In this document: positions 10,670-20,451 of the stretch, piece after piece
Layout of the letters: each line of letters opens with the position of its first letter
Position numbering within the stretch: the stretch's first letter is position 1
Assembly: GCA_965222605.1 (NCBI GenBank)
Contig: OZ244960.1
Coordinates: 4,704,001 to 4,768,000 of the forward strand
DNA: 64,000 bases
From: Candidatus Latescibacterota bacterium
Lineage (GTDB): Bacteria > Latescibacterota > UBA2968
Reading direction: 5' to 3'
The notes under the pieces: generated by a model
The model's input: the letters and a program-made list of their open reading frames with translations, nothing else
Database searches by the model: none
Told to the model about the DNA's origin: nothing
Translations under genes and position numbers: made by a program

Positions 10670-10924
10670 ATGGCACGCAAAGACATTCGGACCATTTCGA
10701 TTTTTTGTGCGAAATGCAAAACACTGCTGTACAAGTACCGCAAAGGTGGACGAGGCGGATTGGTGAAGTGTATGGTAGAGCGGATTGCCGAAGATCATAC
10801 CCGGAGGGATATGCAGTGCCCAAAATGCGGACAGGTGTTTGCGAGGTTCAAGATGTATGGTGGGCAGGCCGCGCACAAGATTATACAGGGAAAGGTTTTT
10901 ACGAAGGGTATGGCGAGGCGGTAG
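10670..10924 (+). CDS. Small zinc-ribbon protein
   Basis: CAKC...CPKC; basic, 84 aa; first gene of a co-oriented run. Confidence 0.7.
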   Translation: MARKDIRTISIFCAKCKTLLYKYRKGGRGGLVKCMVERIAEDHTRRDMQCPKCGQVFARFKMYGGQAAHKIIQGKVFTKGMARR

Positions 10925-10947
10925 GTTAAAAAAGGAGCGAAAACACA

Positions 10948-12153
10948 ATGGCTGAATTTGTGGCGAATTACGATGAAGACAAGGTGCCCGATTACACGTT
11001 GCCCGATCCGTTGATTTTTGAAGATGGGACAGAGGTCGAAAACGCGGCTATGTGGGAAAGACGGCGGGCAGAGATTTTGTCTTTGTTTGAATCTCAGGTG
11101 TATGGCAAGATGCCCGGTGCGGCGGCGGGCATGCATTTTGAGACGCGGTTTTTGAATGGGGATGCGTTGGATGGAATTTGCAAGGAAGTTCGCGTTTACT
11201 TTTCCACAGATGCGGAGCCGCAGATGGATATTTTAATTTTTTTGCCGAAAGATGCCGATGGACCCGTGCCGCTGTTTGTGGGATTGAATTTTGGGGGAAA
11301 CCATACCGTTCATCCCGATCCCGAAATCGCGTTGTCCAAGCAGTGGATGCGCTCGAAGACGGAGGGAGTTTTGGACCATCGGGCAACGGAAGCAGCGCGC
11401 GGTACGGCTGCAAGCAGGTGGCCTGCAGGGCGGATTTTGGCAAGGGGCTACGGTTTGGCTACGATTTATTGCGGCGATCTGGATCCGGATTATGACGATG
11501 GGTTTCAAAATGGCGTGCATCCACTTTTTGATAGGCAAAATGTTGGCGATGACTGGGGGTCTATCGGTGCGTGGGCGTGGGGATTGATCAGGGCGATGGA
11601 TTATTTTGAGAGCGATGAGGCAATTGATCACGCGCGGGTTGCTGTGATGGGGCATTCGCGATTGGGTAAGACCGCGCTGTGGGCTGGCGCGCAAGACGAG
11701 CGGTTTGCCCTTGTAATTTCAAATAATTCGGGATGTGGGGGTGCCGCGCTTTCCCGCCGTCGATATGGCGAAACTGTGGGGCGGATTAATACCAGTTTTC
11801 CACACTGGTTTTGCAATAATTTTAAGCGATATAATGAGCGTGAGGAAGATTTGCCCGTTGACCAGCATTTGCTCATTGCTCTGGTGGCGCCTCGTCCGGT
11901 TTATGTTGCCAGTGCAAAAGAAGATAGCTGGGCGGATCCAAAGGGGGAGTTTTTGGGTGCGAAACACGCCGATGCGGTTTATCGTTTGCTGGGAATAGAT
12001 GGTCTGGATGCTGAAAATATGCCGCGTGTTCACGAGCCGGTTACAAGTCGAATTGGGTATCATATTCGCGCAGGCGGGCACGCAGTGACGGATTACGATT
12101 GGGATCGGTATATGGATTTTGCCGATAAACACTGGCAAAGAAGTTCGACCTGA
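10948..12153 (+). CDS. CE15 glucuronoyl esterase-like (acetylxylan esterase) protein
   Basis: GHSRLGK nucleophile motif, SGCGG, HWF and LPVDQH; AAGGAG RBS. Confidence 0.88.
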   Translation: MAEFVANYDEDKVPDYTLPDPLIFEDGTEVENAAMWERRRAEILSLFESQVYGKMPGAAAGMHFETRFLNGDALDGICKEVRVYFSTDAEPQMDILIFLPKDADGPVPLFVGLNFGGNHTVHPDPEIALSKQWMRSKTEGVLDHRATEAARGTAASRWPAGRILARGYGLATIYCGDLDPDYDDGFQNGVHPLFDRQNVGDDWGSIGAWAWGLIRAMDYFESDEAIDHARVAVMGHSRLGKTALWAGAQDERFALVISNNSGCGGAALSRRRYGETVGRINTSFPHWFCNNFKRYNEREEDLPVDQHLLIALVAPRPVYVASAKEDSWADPKGEFLGAKHADAVYRLLGIDGLDAENMPRVHEPVTSRIGYHIRAGGHAVTDYDWDRYMDFADKHWQRSST

Positions 12154-12177
12154 AATTGGAACAGAAGGGAATAAGCC

Positions 12178-13230
12178 ATGGCAACTCAAACAGAACGATC
12201 TTACGCGCTTAAAGCTGTGCCGGGATTTTATTCGACGTATTCGGGTATTCAGATTGCGGCGCAAACGTCCGATAATGCGAGCGATGAGGATTTGCAGTTT
12301 ATGCGGCAACTCGATGTGGAATGGATGATGGTCAGCGTTGATGACCGCGAGAATCAGAATGCCGATTATTACAAGGCGTTGAAAGCGCGGTTTGCAAAAT
12401 ACGATTTGCAGATTTATCGCATTGCCAATCGCAGTGTACACAATATGCCCGAAGTGACCCTGAATTTGCCGGGGCGCGATGAGAAGGTCGAGGAATTTAT
12501 CACTTTTATTCGCAACCTGGGCGAGGCGGGCATTCCGTACAATACGTATGCACACATGGGCAATGGGATTTGGAGTTCGGGGCGCACAACGCGGCGCAGG
12601 GGCATGGATGCGCGGACGCTCGATATCGAGAATGCCACAGGACATTGGGATGGTCAGATTTTTGAAGGCAAATTGACACATGGGCGGGCATATAGCGAAG
12701 ACGAGCTTTGGGAAAATTACGAATATATGATTCGCAAGGTCGCGCCTGTTGCCGAAGAATCGGGTGTTTATATCGGCATTCATCCCGACGATCCCCCCGT
12801 GTATCCTCTGGGCGGGGTTCCGCGTTGTATATTTGGCAATTTTAAGGGGTACAAGCAGGCGATGGATATTGCGGATAGTCCAAATATTGGGGTGTGTTTG
12901 TGCGTGGGGTGCTGGCTCGAAGGGGGAAAAGAAGGCATGGGCGTGGATGTGATTGAGACGATTCACTATTTTGCCAGCCGCAAGAAGTTGTTTAAGGTGC
13001 ATTTTCGCAATGTTTCAAATCCGATGCCAGAGCCGTGGACAGAGACTTTGATGGACGACGGGTACCAGGATATGCATGCGGTGATGAAAGCACTGCGGGA
13101 GGTGGCGTTTGACGGGGCGATTATTCCCGATCATATCCCGCAAATTCTGGGGGGGCATCGCGCGGGGGTGGCGTATTCGATTGCCTATATGCGTGCGCTG
13201 GTTCAGGCTGTGAACAACGAAGTGGGTTGA
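12178..13230 (+). CDS. uxuA: Mannonate dehydratase family protein
   Basis: APVAEESGVYIGIHPDDPP, VHFRNV and IPDHIP motifs. Confidence 0.82.
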   Translation: MATQTERSYALKAVPGFYSTYSGIQIAAQTSDNASDEDLQFMRQLDVEWMMVSVDDRENQNADYYKALKARFAKYDLQIYRIANRSVHNMPEVTLNLPGRDEKVEEFITFIRNLGEAGIPYNTYAHMGNGIWSSGRTTRRRGMDARTLDIENATGHWDGQIFEGKLTHGRAYSEDELWENYEYMIRKVAPVAEESGVYIGIHPDDPPVYPLGGVPRCIFGNFKGYKQAMDIADSPNIGVCLCVGCWLEGGKEGMGVDVIETIHYFASRKKLFKVHFRNVSNPMPEPWTETLMDDGYQDMHAVMKALREVAFDGAIIPDHIPQILGGHRAGVAYSIAYMRALVQAVNNEVG

Positions 13231-13241
13231 TAGGGATAATA

Positions 13242-13784
13242 TTACGGTCCCTGTTTGCCCGTCGCGATGATTGTACCGGCGGGCAATAAGGTATCAAGAT
13301 GGTTTGGCAAATTGTCGCCGATGCTGTGTAGCCATGTTATGAGTTGATCGCGCAGGTCTTTTTTTAGTCGCTATTTGCGGTTGCCCACTCAGATTTTTCA
13401 TTTCGTGTGGATCGGTTTGAAGGTCGTAAAATTCGTCGATGTCTTGCGGATTCCACACGTATTTGTATCGTTCGTTGCGAATGGCGCGCACTTCAAAGCT
13501 ATAACCGTTGTAGCGGTAGTAAACGCCATGTGCGATTTGCGGCCAGTCGGACGGGCGGATTTGCGTACCGACGAGCGGGAGAAGGTTGCGCCCCTCGCGC
13601 GGTTGGTCCGGAGATGATTCGGCGCGAATGAGAGAAAAGAGGGTTTCGCCAATGTCGAGCAATGAGACATAAGCATCCTGGGTTGCAGGCGGTCAATATT
13701 CGGCGTAGGAATGTCGGCACCGAGAAAGCCAAATGCCCATGCAGGCCATTGGTCGGTGAGGATGAATAATGTGTTTTGCGCCAT
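13242..13784 (-). pseudogene. Sulfatase pseudogene with a large internal deletion and a frameshift
   Basis: The N-terminal LFILTDQ...TPNIDRL is joined near 13685 to the C-terminal VSLLDIG...EFYDLQTDPHE in another frame. The CxPxR core is absent. A second frameshift at the A7 run near 13360 restores DLRDQLITWL...GKQGP*. Confidence 0.85.
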
Positions 13785-14008
13785 GAGCATTCCCGTGTTA
13801 AAGTGTCAAGGTAGATAATGTTGCGTACAATAAACCGATCTTTGCGATATATAGCAATCTCAGATTTGCCCTTGATAGATGCACATAGAGTCACTATATT
13901 ATATCACCTCTTACTACTCCCCTGATTTGATCTGCCGCATTCTGTTTTTCTTTCCCCACATGTCCTTTCTGTAACTTTCACCTTCCAAATAAAGGTCAGG
14001 GATGTATT

Positions 14009-15889
14009 ATGGCAACGGCAACAAAATCAAGTAGTTCCAACGCTACGCAACTCAATTTGCTCTCGTCATCCAGAAGTAATAGTAAAGCCGATGGCAAGAG
14101 CAATGGTGCTCATAACTACGACGAGAGCAAGATTAAAACCCTTTCTTCGCTCGAGCATATTCGGTTGCGTACGGGTATGTACATTGGGCGGCTCGGATCG
14201 GGTGCTGATCCCGATGACGGCATATACGTTTTGCTCAAAGAGGTTGTCGATAATGCCGTCGATGAATTTATTTCGGGATTTGGCACAAAAATCGATGTGA
14301 CAATTGAAGCCAATCACGTCAGTGTGCGCGACTATGGGCGCGGCGTTCCGCTCGGCAAAATTGTCGAGTGTGTTTCTGTTATCAATACCGGTGCCAAATA
14401 CAACGACGATGTTTTTCAATTCAGCGTGGGTCTCAATGGCGTGGGTAGCAAAGCGGTCAACGCGCTTTCTACCGATTTTCGCGTGGTGGCTTATCGCGAT
14501 GGCAAGTACGCGGAGGCCAGCTTTACGCGTGGGAAACTCCTCCGGGAAAAAAAGGGCAGGACCAGCGAGCCAAATGGCTCATTTTTTGAGTTCACACCCG
14601 ATCCGGAGATTTTTGACGAATACGATTACAATTTCGAATATGTCGAGCGCCGCATGTGGAACTACGCCTGTCTCAATAGCGGTCTCACGCTCGTTTTTAA
14701 CAAACAGAAATTCGTCTCCAGGCGCGGCTTGCTCGATTTTCTCAGCCGCGAAGTCGATGATTCGGCGCTTTACGAACCCGCCTATTACAAGGGGCAATAT
14801 CTCGAATTTGCATTTACTCACACGTCCAATTACGGGGAAAATTATTTTTCTTTTGTCAATGGGCAATACACCATTGACGGCGGTACGCATCAAAGTGCTT
14901 TTCGAGAGGGCATTTTGAAAGGCGTCAATGAGTTTTACAAGAAGAATTACAGCGGCGTGGATGTGCGGGAATCCATTAATGGTGCTGTTGCGGTTAAGCT
15001 CAAAGAACCCATATTTGAGTCGCAAACGAAAAACAAACTCGGCAATACCGAAGTGCGCTCGTGGATTGTTGCTGAAACGCGCAGTGCAGTGGTCGATTTT
15101 TTACACAAGAATACCACGGCAGCGCAAACACTTCAGGAAAAGATCAATCACAACGAACGCCTGCGGAAAGAACTCAACGATGTTAAGAAGAAGGCCAAAG
15201 AAGTCGCCCGCAAAGTCGCCATCAAAATTCCGCATTTCAAGGATTGTAAATATCACAAGGGCGACAAAAAGCGCGGCGATGAATCTACTATTTTTATTAC
15301 TGAAGGCCCGTCCGCTGCCGGGTCTATGGTTTCCGCACGGGATGTGGAGACTCAGGCTATTTTTGGTTTGAAGGGCGTGCCCCTCAATGTGTTTGGGAAA
15401 ACAAAAGCAGCGATTTACAAGAATGAAGAGCTCTACAATCTCATGACGGCTTTGGGTATTGAAGACAGCGTTGAAAATCTCCGTTTCAACAATGTGGTCA
15501 TTGCCACTGATGCCGATTACGATGGTTTCCACATCCGCAACCTGCTGATGACTTTCTTCCTCAATTACTTCGAAGAACTCGTGACCTCTGGCCACGTCTA
15601 TATTCTGGAAACGCCAATTTTTCGCGTGCGCAATAGTCGTGAGACGCGCTATTGTTATAGCGAAAAAGAACGCAGTCAGGCTGTTGCCGATTTGCGAAAT
15701 CCCGAGGTTACGCGCTTCAAGGGATTGGGGGAGATCTCCCCTAACGAGTTTGGACAGTTCATCGGAGAGGATATGCGCCTGATCAAAGTCGGCGTGCGCT
15801 CTCTCGCCGAGGTTCCAACTACCCTCGAATTTTATATGGGCAAGAATACGCCCGACCGCAGAGATTATATTGTGGAGCATTTGATTTAA
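14009..15889 (+). CDS. parE: DNA topoisomerase IV subunit B (GyrB/ParE family)
   Basis: EVVDNAVDE, SVGLNGVG, FITEGPSA, IATDADYDG and TRFKGLGE motifs. Confidence 0.93.
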   Translation: MATATKSSSSNATQLNLLSSSRSNSKADGKSNGAHNYDESKIKTLSSLEHIRLRTGMYIGRLGSGADPDDGIYVLLKEVVDNAVDEFISGFGTKIDVTIEANHVSVRDYGRGVPLGKIVECVSVINTGAKYNDDVFQFSVGLNGVGSKAVNALSTDFRVVAYRDGKYAEASFTRGKLLREKKGRTSEPNGSFFEFTPDPEIFDEYDYNFEYVERRMWNYACLNSGLTLVFNKQKFVSRRGLLDFLSREVDDSALYEPAYYKGQYLEFAFTHTSNYGENYFSFVNGQYTIDGGTHQSAFREGILKGVNEFYKKNYSGVDVRESINGAVAVKLKEPIFESQTKNKLGNTEVRSWIVAETRSAVVDFLHKNTTAAQTLQEKINHNERLRKELNDVKKKAKEVARKVAIKIPHFKDCKYHKGDKKRGDESTIFITEGPSAAGSMVSARDVETQAIFGLKGVPLNVFGKTKAAIYKNEELYNLMTALGIEDSVENLRFNNVVIATDADYDGFHIRNLLMTFFLNYFEELVTSGHVYILETPIFRVRNSRETRYCYSEKERSQAVADLRNPEVTRFKGLGEISPNEFGQFIGEDMRLIKVGVRSLAEVPTTLEFYMGKNTPDRRDYIVEHLI

Positions 15890-15890
15890 A

Positions 15891-16808
15891 ATGAAAAAAA
15901 AGACCAAAGGCACATCCTCGATATTTTTGGATGACATGTCAAAAGAAAATGCCAATAATATTTATATCCGGAGCCATCGGCGGCGTATTGTATTTGGATG
16001 GTATGGCGGTAAGTTTTCGCATTTGGACTGGCTACTTCCGCTTCTTCCAGAGTGTCATCACTATTGCGAGCCGTTTGCCGGTTCAGGAGCAGTATTGCTG
16101 AATCGGGTGCCGTCCCCTGTTGAAACCTATAATGATATTGATGGTGAGGTTGTAAACTTCTTTCGCGTATTGCGCGACCAACACGAAGAACTGATAAGAG
16201 CAATAGCTTTAACGCCATTTTCCCGTGAAGAATATTATCGCGCTATTCATACAACAAATGGTGTCAGCGATGTTGAGCGGGCCAGATGCTTTTATATCAA
16301 AGCGAGACAGACAAGGACTGGACTTGCCCAAACTGCATCGCTGGGGCGTTGGGCAAACTGCAAAAATACGAGCCGTGCCGGAATGTCAGGTGTGGTATCT
16401 CGTTGGCTTGGTGGTGTGGGAGCTTTGGATGATATTGCACAACGCCTCATGCGGGTTCAGATTGAGAACCGTCCTGCGGTGGATGTGATTCGTCTTTATG
16501 ACGATCCCAAGACTTTGTTTTATTGCGATCCACCGTATTTGCATGCCACACGCGGCGATGCTAAGGCTTACGGATTTGAGATGGATGAAGGACAGCATCG
16601 AGAATTTGCAGAGGTCGTCAATGCGTGCAGCGGCATGGTCGCTGTCTCTGGCTATGAACATCCACTGATGGATAAGCTGTTCGAGCCGGAAAAATGGTTC
16701 AAGACTTTGGGGGCGCGCAAAACCATTCATTCGACTAAGGGGACTCGGCAGGAAGTGCTGTGGACCAATTATGATCCAAAAAAGCAAATGGGACTATTTG
16801 CAGCATGA
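15891..16808 (+). CDS. D12-class (Dam-like) N6-adenine DNA methyltransferase, orphan
   Basis: WYGGK, EPFAGSGAV, YNDID and YCDPPY motifs. Confidence 0.92.
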   Translation: MKKKTKGTSSIFLDDMSKENANNIYIRSHRRRIVFGWYGGKFSHLDWLLPLLPECHHYCEPFAGSGAVLLNRVPSPVETYNDIDGEVVNFFRVLRDQHEELIRAIALTPFSREEYYRAIHTTNGVSDVERARCFYIKARQTRTGLAQTASLGRWANCKNTSRAGMSGVVSRWLGGVGALDDIAQRLMRVQIENRPAVDVIRLYDDPKTLFYCDPPYLHATRGDAKAYGFEMDEGQHREFAEVVNACSGMVAVSGYEHPLMDKLFEPEKWFKTLGARKTIHSTKGTRQEVLWTNYDPKKQMGLFAA

Positions 16809-16903
16809 AGGCATTGGTTTTGAATGAACCTGATTCAGCTGTAAGTCAATCGCTCAAAGAGGCGTTTTTGGCTCTGCGACAAGTTGCTGAGAGTGGTGAG
16901 TAA
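16805..16903 (+). pseudogene. 32-codon ORF coupled to the methylase; possible stub of a lost partner gene (e.g. endonuclease)
   Basis: ATGA overlap with the MTase stop; reads MKALVLNEPDSAVSQSLKEAFLALRQVAESGE*. Confidence 0.4.
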
Positions 16904-16973
16904 ACACTGGTGTCAGTTGTTGGGTGAACCTGTGAGTTTGTCCGCTACATTTGCCAACTTGTGCCTACGGGTT

Positions 16974-16999
16974 TTTATCCTGTTTATCCTGATTCTGAC
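16974..16999. repeat. Nonamer tandem repeat (TTTATCCTG)x2 + ATTCTGAC
   Basis: Seen directly upstream of parC. Confidence 0.55.
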
Positions 17000-17019
17000 G
17001 ATTTTTTGAGGAATGAAAA

Positions 17020-18921
17020 ATGGCTTATATCGACAAGTTATTTGACCAGTATTTTTTAGAACACGCTTCCTATGTTGTGAAAGACCGCGCGATTCCCGAC
17101 ATCGACGATGGGTTTAAGCCCGTACAGCGCCGCATTTTACACGCGCTCAAAGAGCAGGATGATGGGAAGTTTCACAAGGTAGCCAATGTCGTGGGGCAGA
17201 CTATGAAATATCACCCCCACGGAGATCAGTCAATTTACGGCGCGCTGGTCAACCTGGCGAATAAAGACCTGTTCATCGATAAACAGGGCAATTTTGGCAA
17301 TATTTATACCGGCGACGAAGCCTCGGCTGCGCGCTATATCGAATGCCGGCTTACCCCGCTCGCCAAAGATGTGCTGTTCAATCCGGAAATTACCGAATAC
17401 ATTGAATCCTACGACGGGCGCAATAGCGAACCCGTTGTTTTTCCGGCGAAAATTCCCGTGCTGCTCGCGCAGGGCACCGAAGGTATCGCACCGGGCATGA
17501 CCACGCGGGTTTTGTCCCACAATTTGATCGAATTGTTGCAGGCGAAAATTGCCTATCTCCGAGGGGAGAATTTTCAGGTCTTTCCCGATTTTGCGACGGG
17601 TGGTTTTGTCGATGTCACCGAATATGCCGACGGCAATGGCAAAGTGCTCGTGCGAGCCAAACTCGATACCAAAGATCCCAAACGCATTATTGTGCGCGAG
17701 TTGCCTTTTGGCTCTACGTCTGAATCTCTTATCGCCTCTATTGAAAGTGCAGCCCGGAAAAACAAGCTCAAAATCGCGGGTATCAGCGATTATACGGGTG
17801 AGAAAGTCGAAATTGAAATTCGTCTTGCCCGGGGCGTGCATACCAAAGATACCGTAGATGCGCTTTACGCTTTTACCGATTGCGAGCAATCCATCAGCGT
17901 CAATGCCCTGGTCATCAAGGATAACCGCCCCTATATCGCTACGGTGAGCGATATTCTCAAACACAATGCCGACCGATTGGTCGATGTTCTCATGGCCGAG
18001 CTAAAAATTGAGCAGCATCAGGTGCGCGATAAGTTGCACGCCAGGACCCTCGAACAGATTTTCATCGAGAACCGCGTTTACAAAGCGATTGAGGAAGTTG
18101 CCGATTCCAAGGCGATTCACGAGGCGGTACGCAAGGGTTTGGAGCCTTTTCTCAGTACAATCAGACGCCCGGTCACGGCTGAAGACCTCGATACGCTTTT
18201 ACAAATTCCCATTCGGCGGATTTCGCTGTACGATATTACCAAAGGCAAAAAGGAAATGCGCGGGATGCGCGCGCGGCTCAGAGAAATCAGAACCAACCTC
18301 GACAATATCACGGGCTTTAGCATTGATTTTCTCGAATATCTGATTGATCAATACAAAGACAATTACCCTCGCCGTACCGAAGTTACCTCTTTTGATCAGG
18401 TGGATGCACGCGAAGTGGCACAGCGCAATCTCAAGTTGCGCTATGACAAGAAGACGGGTTATCTCGGTTATGATGTCAATGGCAACACGCTTATGGATGT
18501 GTCGCAATACGATCGCGTGCTCGTGATTCGCAAAAATGGCACTTATTCTCTGCACGAAGCACCCGACCGTCTCTTTGTGGATAAGGGTATGCTATTTTGC
18601 GATTTTGTCGATCCCGAACGGGTGTACACGGTTATCTACCGGGATAAGAAGACCAGTTATCCCTGTATCAAACGCTGTGTGCTCGACACATTTATCCTGA
18701 ACAGGGGTTACGAACTCGTGCCGTCGGGATGCCGTTTGCTCAAGCTCACAACCGACCGCGAGGTCGAGGTTCACGTATCCTATAAGCCCAAACCCCGTCT
18801 GCGTATTCTCAATGAAGAATTTGCCATTGAAGATTATGCGGTTCGCGGTAAAACCGCCAAAGGACTGCGCCTGTCATCGCGCGAGGTCAAAAGTGTTAAA
18901 TTTGTAAAGTCTAAAGTCTAA
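17020..18921 (+). CDS. parC: DNA topoisomerase IV subunit A (GyrA/ParC family)
   Basis: DRAIPDIDDGFKPVQRR, YHPHGD and catalytic AARYIE motifs. Confidence 0.93.
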   Translation: MAYIDKLFDQYFLEHASYVVKDRAIPDIDDGFKPVQRRILHALKEQDDGKFHKVANVVGQTMKYHPHGDQSIYGALVNLANKDLFIDKQGNFGNIYTGDEASAARYIECRLTPLAKDVLFNPEITEYIESYDGRNSEPVVFPAKIPVLLAQGTEGIAPGMTTRVLSHNLIELLQAKIAYLRGENFQVFPDFATGGFVDVTEYADGNGKVLVRAKLDTKDPKRIIVRELPFGSTSESLIASIESAARKNKLKIAGISDYTGEKVEIEIRLARGVHTKDTVDALYAFTDCEQSISVNALVIKDNRPYIATVSDILKHNADRLVDVLMAELKIEQHQVRDKLHARTLEQIFIENRVYKAIEEVADSKAIHEAVRKGLEPFLSTIRRPVTAEDLDTLLQIPIRRISLYDITKGKKEMRGMRARLREIRTNLDNITGFSIDFLEYLIDQYKDNYPRRTEVTSFDQVDAREVAQRNLKLRYDKKTGYLGYDVNGNTLMDVSQYDRVLVIRKNGTYSLHEAPDRLFVDKGMLFCDFVDPERVYTVIYRDKKTSYPCIKRCVLDTFILNRGYELVPSGCRLLKLTTDREVEVHVSYKPKPRLRILNEEFAIEDYAVRGKTAKGLRLSSREVKSVKFVKSKV

Positions 18922-18986
18922 AAAACGGCCTAGAGGAGTTGGGAAAAAACAAAGAAGTCTATGACATCGTTAGATGGAGAAATTTC

Positions 18987-20450
18987 ATGGAAATTGCTGA
19001 ATTAAAGCTTGAACGTGCGACAACTCTGCAAGATGAGTGCAGAAACGAAAGACACACACTGCACAGAGACTTGTTAGAAAAGAAATACGAGAGCCTGATT
19101 ACCCACAATCCAAAATTAACAAGAACCCTTGTCAGCTTTCAGGCAAATAAAAACACACCGTATTATCGATGGTTTAAGTATAAAGAAGGCTTCTCGGCGC
19201 AGATGGTCCATTATCTTCTGAACACATTGGCGGAGAAGCGGGGCGTATTGTTGGATCCGTTCTCGGGAACAGGAGCGGCTTTATTTGCATCGCAGGAATT
19301 TGGATGGGAAGCAACGGGTATTGAGCTTCTTCCTGTAGGATGTGCGATTACTGAAGCCAGACAAGCAGCCGAGCAGGTGGATATTATACGGCTAAAAAAA
19401 GAAATTGAGGCCCTGGATAGTATTGATTTTTTGACGATCAAATCCGATAGTCCTATCCAACATATCGCGATTACGAAAGGTGCGTTTTCTCAGCAGACGG
19501 AAGACCAGCTAAATGGTTATTTAACCTATTGCGAAAATCAGATTAAAGATTCTCATATTAAGAGGCTTCTTCGTTTTGCCGCTTTTTGCATTCTGGAAAG
19601 GATTAGTTATACAAGGAAGGACGGTCAATATCTCCGCTGGGATTATCGCGCGGGAAGAACGAGAGTGAAGTCAAAATTTAACAAGGGCAAAGTCTATACG
19701 TTCCCAGAGGCACTTCAATTTCAGCTCAATTTGATGGTTGAGGATCTTCTCCATGAGGACATGGACCTTTTCAAAAAGGAAAATTTGCAAAAAAAAGAAC
19801 ATGGCATCCGACTGATTCAAGGTTCCTGTCTCGAAGAATTATGTAAATTTAACGCGGGGAGTTTTAACTTTATTTTAACGTCTCCGCCTTATTGTAACCG
19901 CTATGATTACACGCGCACTTACGCGCTTGAACTGGTATTTCTCAATAAGAACGAAGAGGAAGTCAAGCACCTGCGACAGCAAATGCTATCCTGTACCGTT
20001 GAAAACAAAGAGAAAGTTGAATCGTTGAAGACGCAATATGCAGACCTGAAAAGAGAAGACTTTTTTCAAAAGGCTATTTTTGCTTTTGAAAACCATAAAG
20101 CACTTCAAGAAGTTCTATATTGGCTGAATACATATAACGGGAAAGGCCAGTTGAATAATTCGAATATTCCGCGAATGATCGCAAATTACTTCCTCGAAAT
20201 GGCTCTGGTCATATTTGAAATGAGTAGGGTGCTGAAGCCGGGTGGAAAGATCGCGATGGTGAACGACAATGTGAGGTATGCAGGAGAAGAGATTCCCGTT
20301 GATTTAATTCTTTCTGACTTTGCAGAAGCGGCGGGCTTATCCACCAGAAACATCTGGGTTCTGGGAACTGGCAAGGGAAATAGCAGTCAACAGATGGGCA
20401 AGTACGGTCGCGCAGAATTGCGAAAATGCGTGTATGTTTGGGAAAAATAG
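18987..20450 (+). CDS. Amino-methyltransferase (N4-cytosine type, M.AvaI/M.BsoBI-like)
   Basis: WFKYKEGFS, LLDPFSGTG, TSPPYCNRYDY and GNSSQQMG motifs; GGAGA RBS before ATG 18987; AT-rich. Confidence 0.88.
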   Translation: MEIAELKLERATTLQDECRNERHTLHRDLLEKKYESLITHNPKLTRTLVSFQANKNTPYYRWFKYKEGFSAQMVHYLLNTLAEKRGVLLDPFSGTGAALFASQEFGWEATGIELLPVGCAITEARQAAEQVDIIRLKKEIEALDSIDFLTIKSDSPIQHIAITKGAFSQQTEDQLNGYLTYCENQIKDSHIKRLLRFAAFCILERISYTRKDGQYLRWDYRAGRTRVKSKFNKGKVYTFPEALQFQLNLMVEDLLHEDMDLFKKENLQKKEHGIRLIQGSCLEELCKFNAGSFNFILTSPPYCNRYDYTRTYALELVFLNKNEEEVKHLRQQMLSCTVENKEKVESLKTQYADLKREDFFQKAIFAFENHKALQEVLYWLNTYNGKGQLNNSNIPRMIANYFLEMALVIFEMSRVLKPGGKIAMVNDNVRYAGEEIPVDLILSDFAEAAGLSTRNIWVLGTGKGNSSQQMGKYGRAELRKCVYVWEK

Positions 20451-20451
20451 T

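Noticed and set aside
11719-13002. 427-aa minus-strand ORF (and similar long antisense ORFs over parE, gltB, moaA and smc)
   Set aside because: These are shadows of well-supported genes on the opposite strand and have no recognisable motifs.
13255-13286. Hairpin after uxuA as a terminator
   Set aside because: It has no U-tract and lies within the decayed sulfatase coding remnant.
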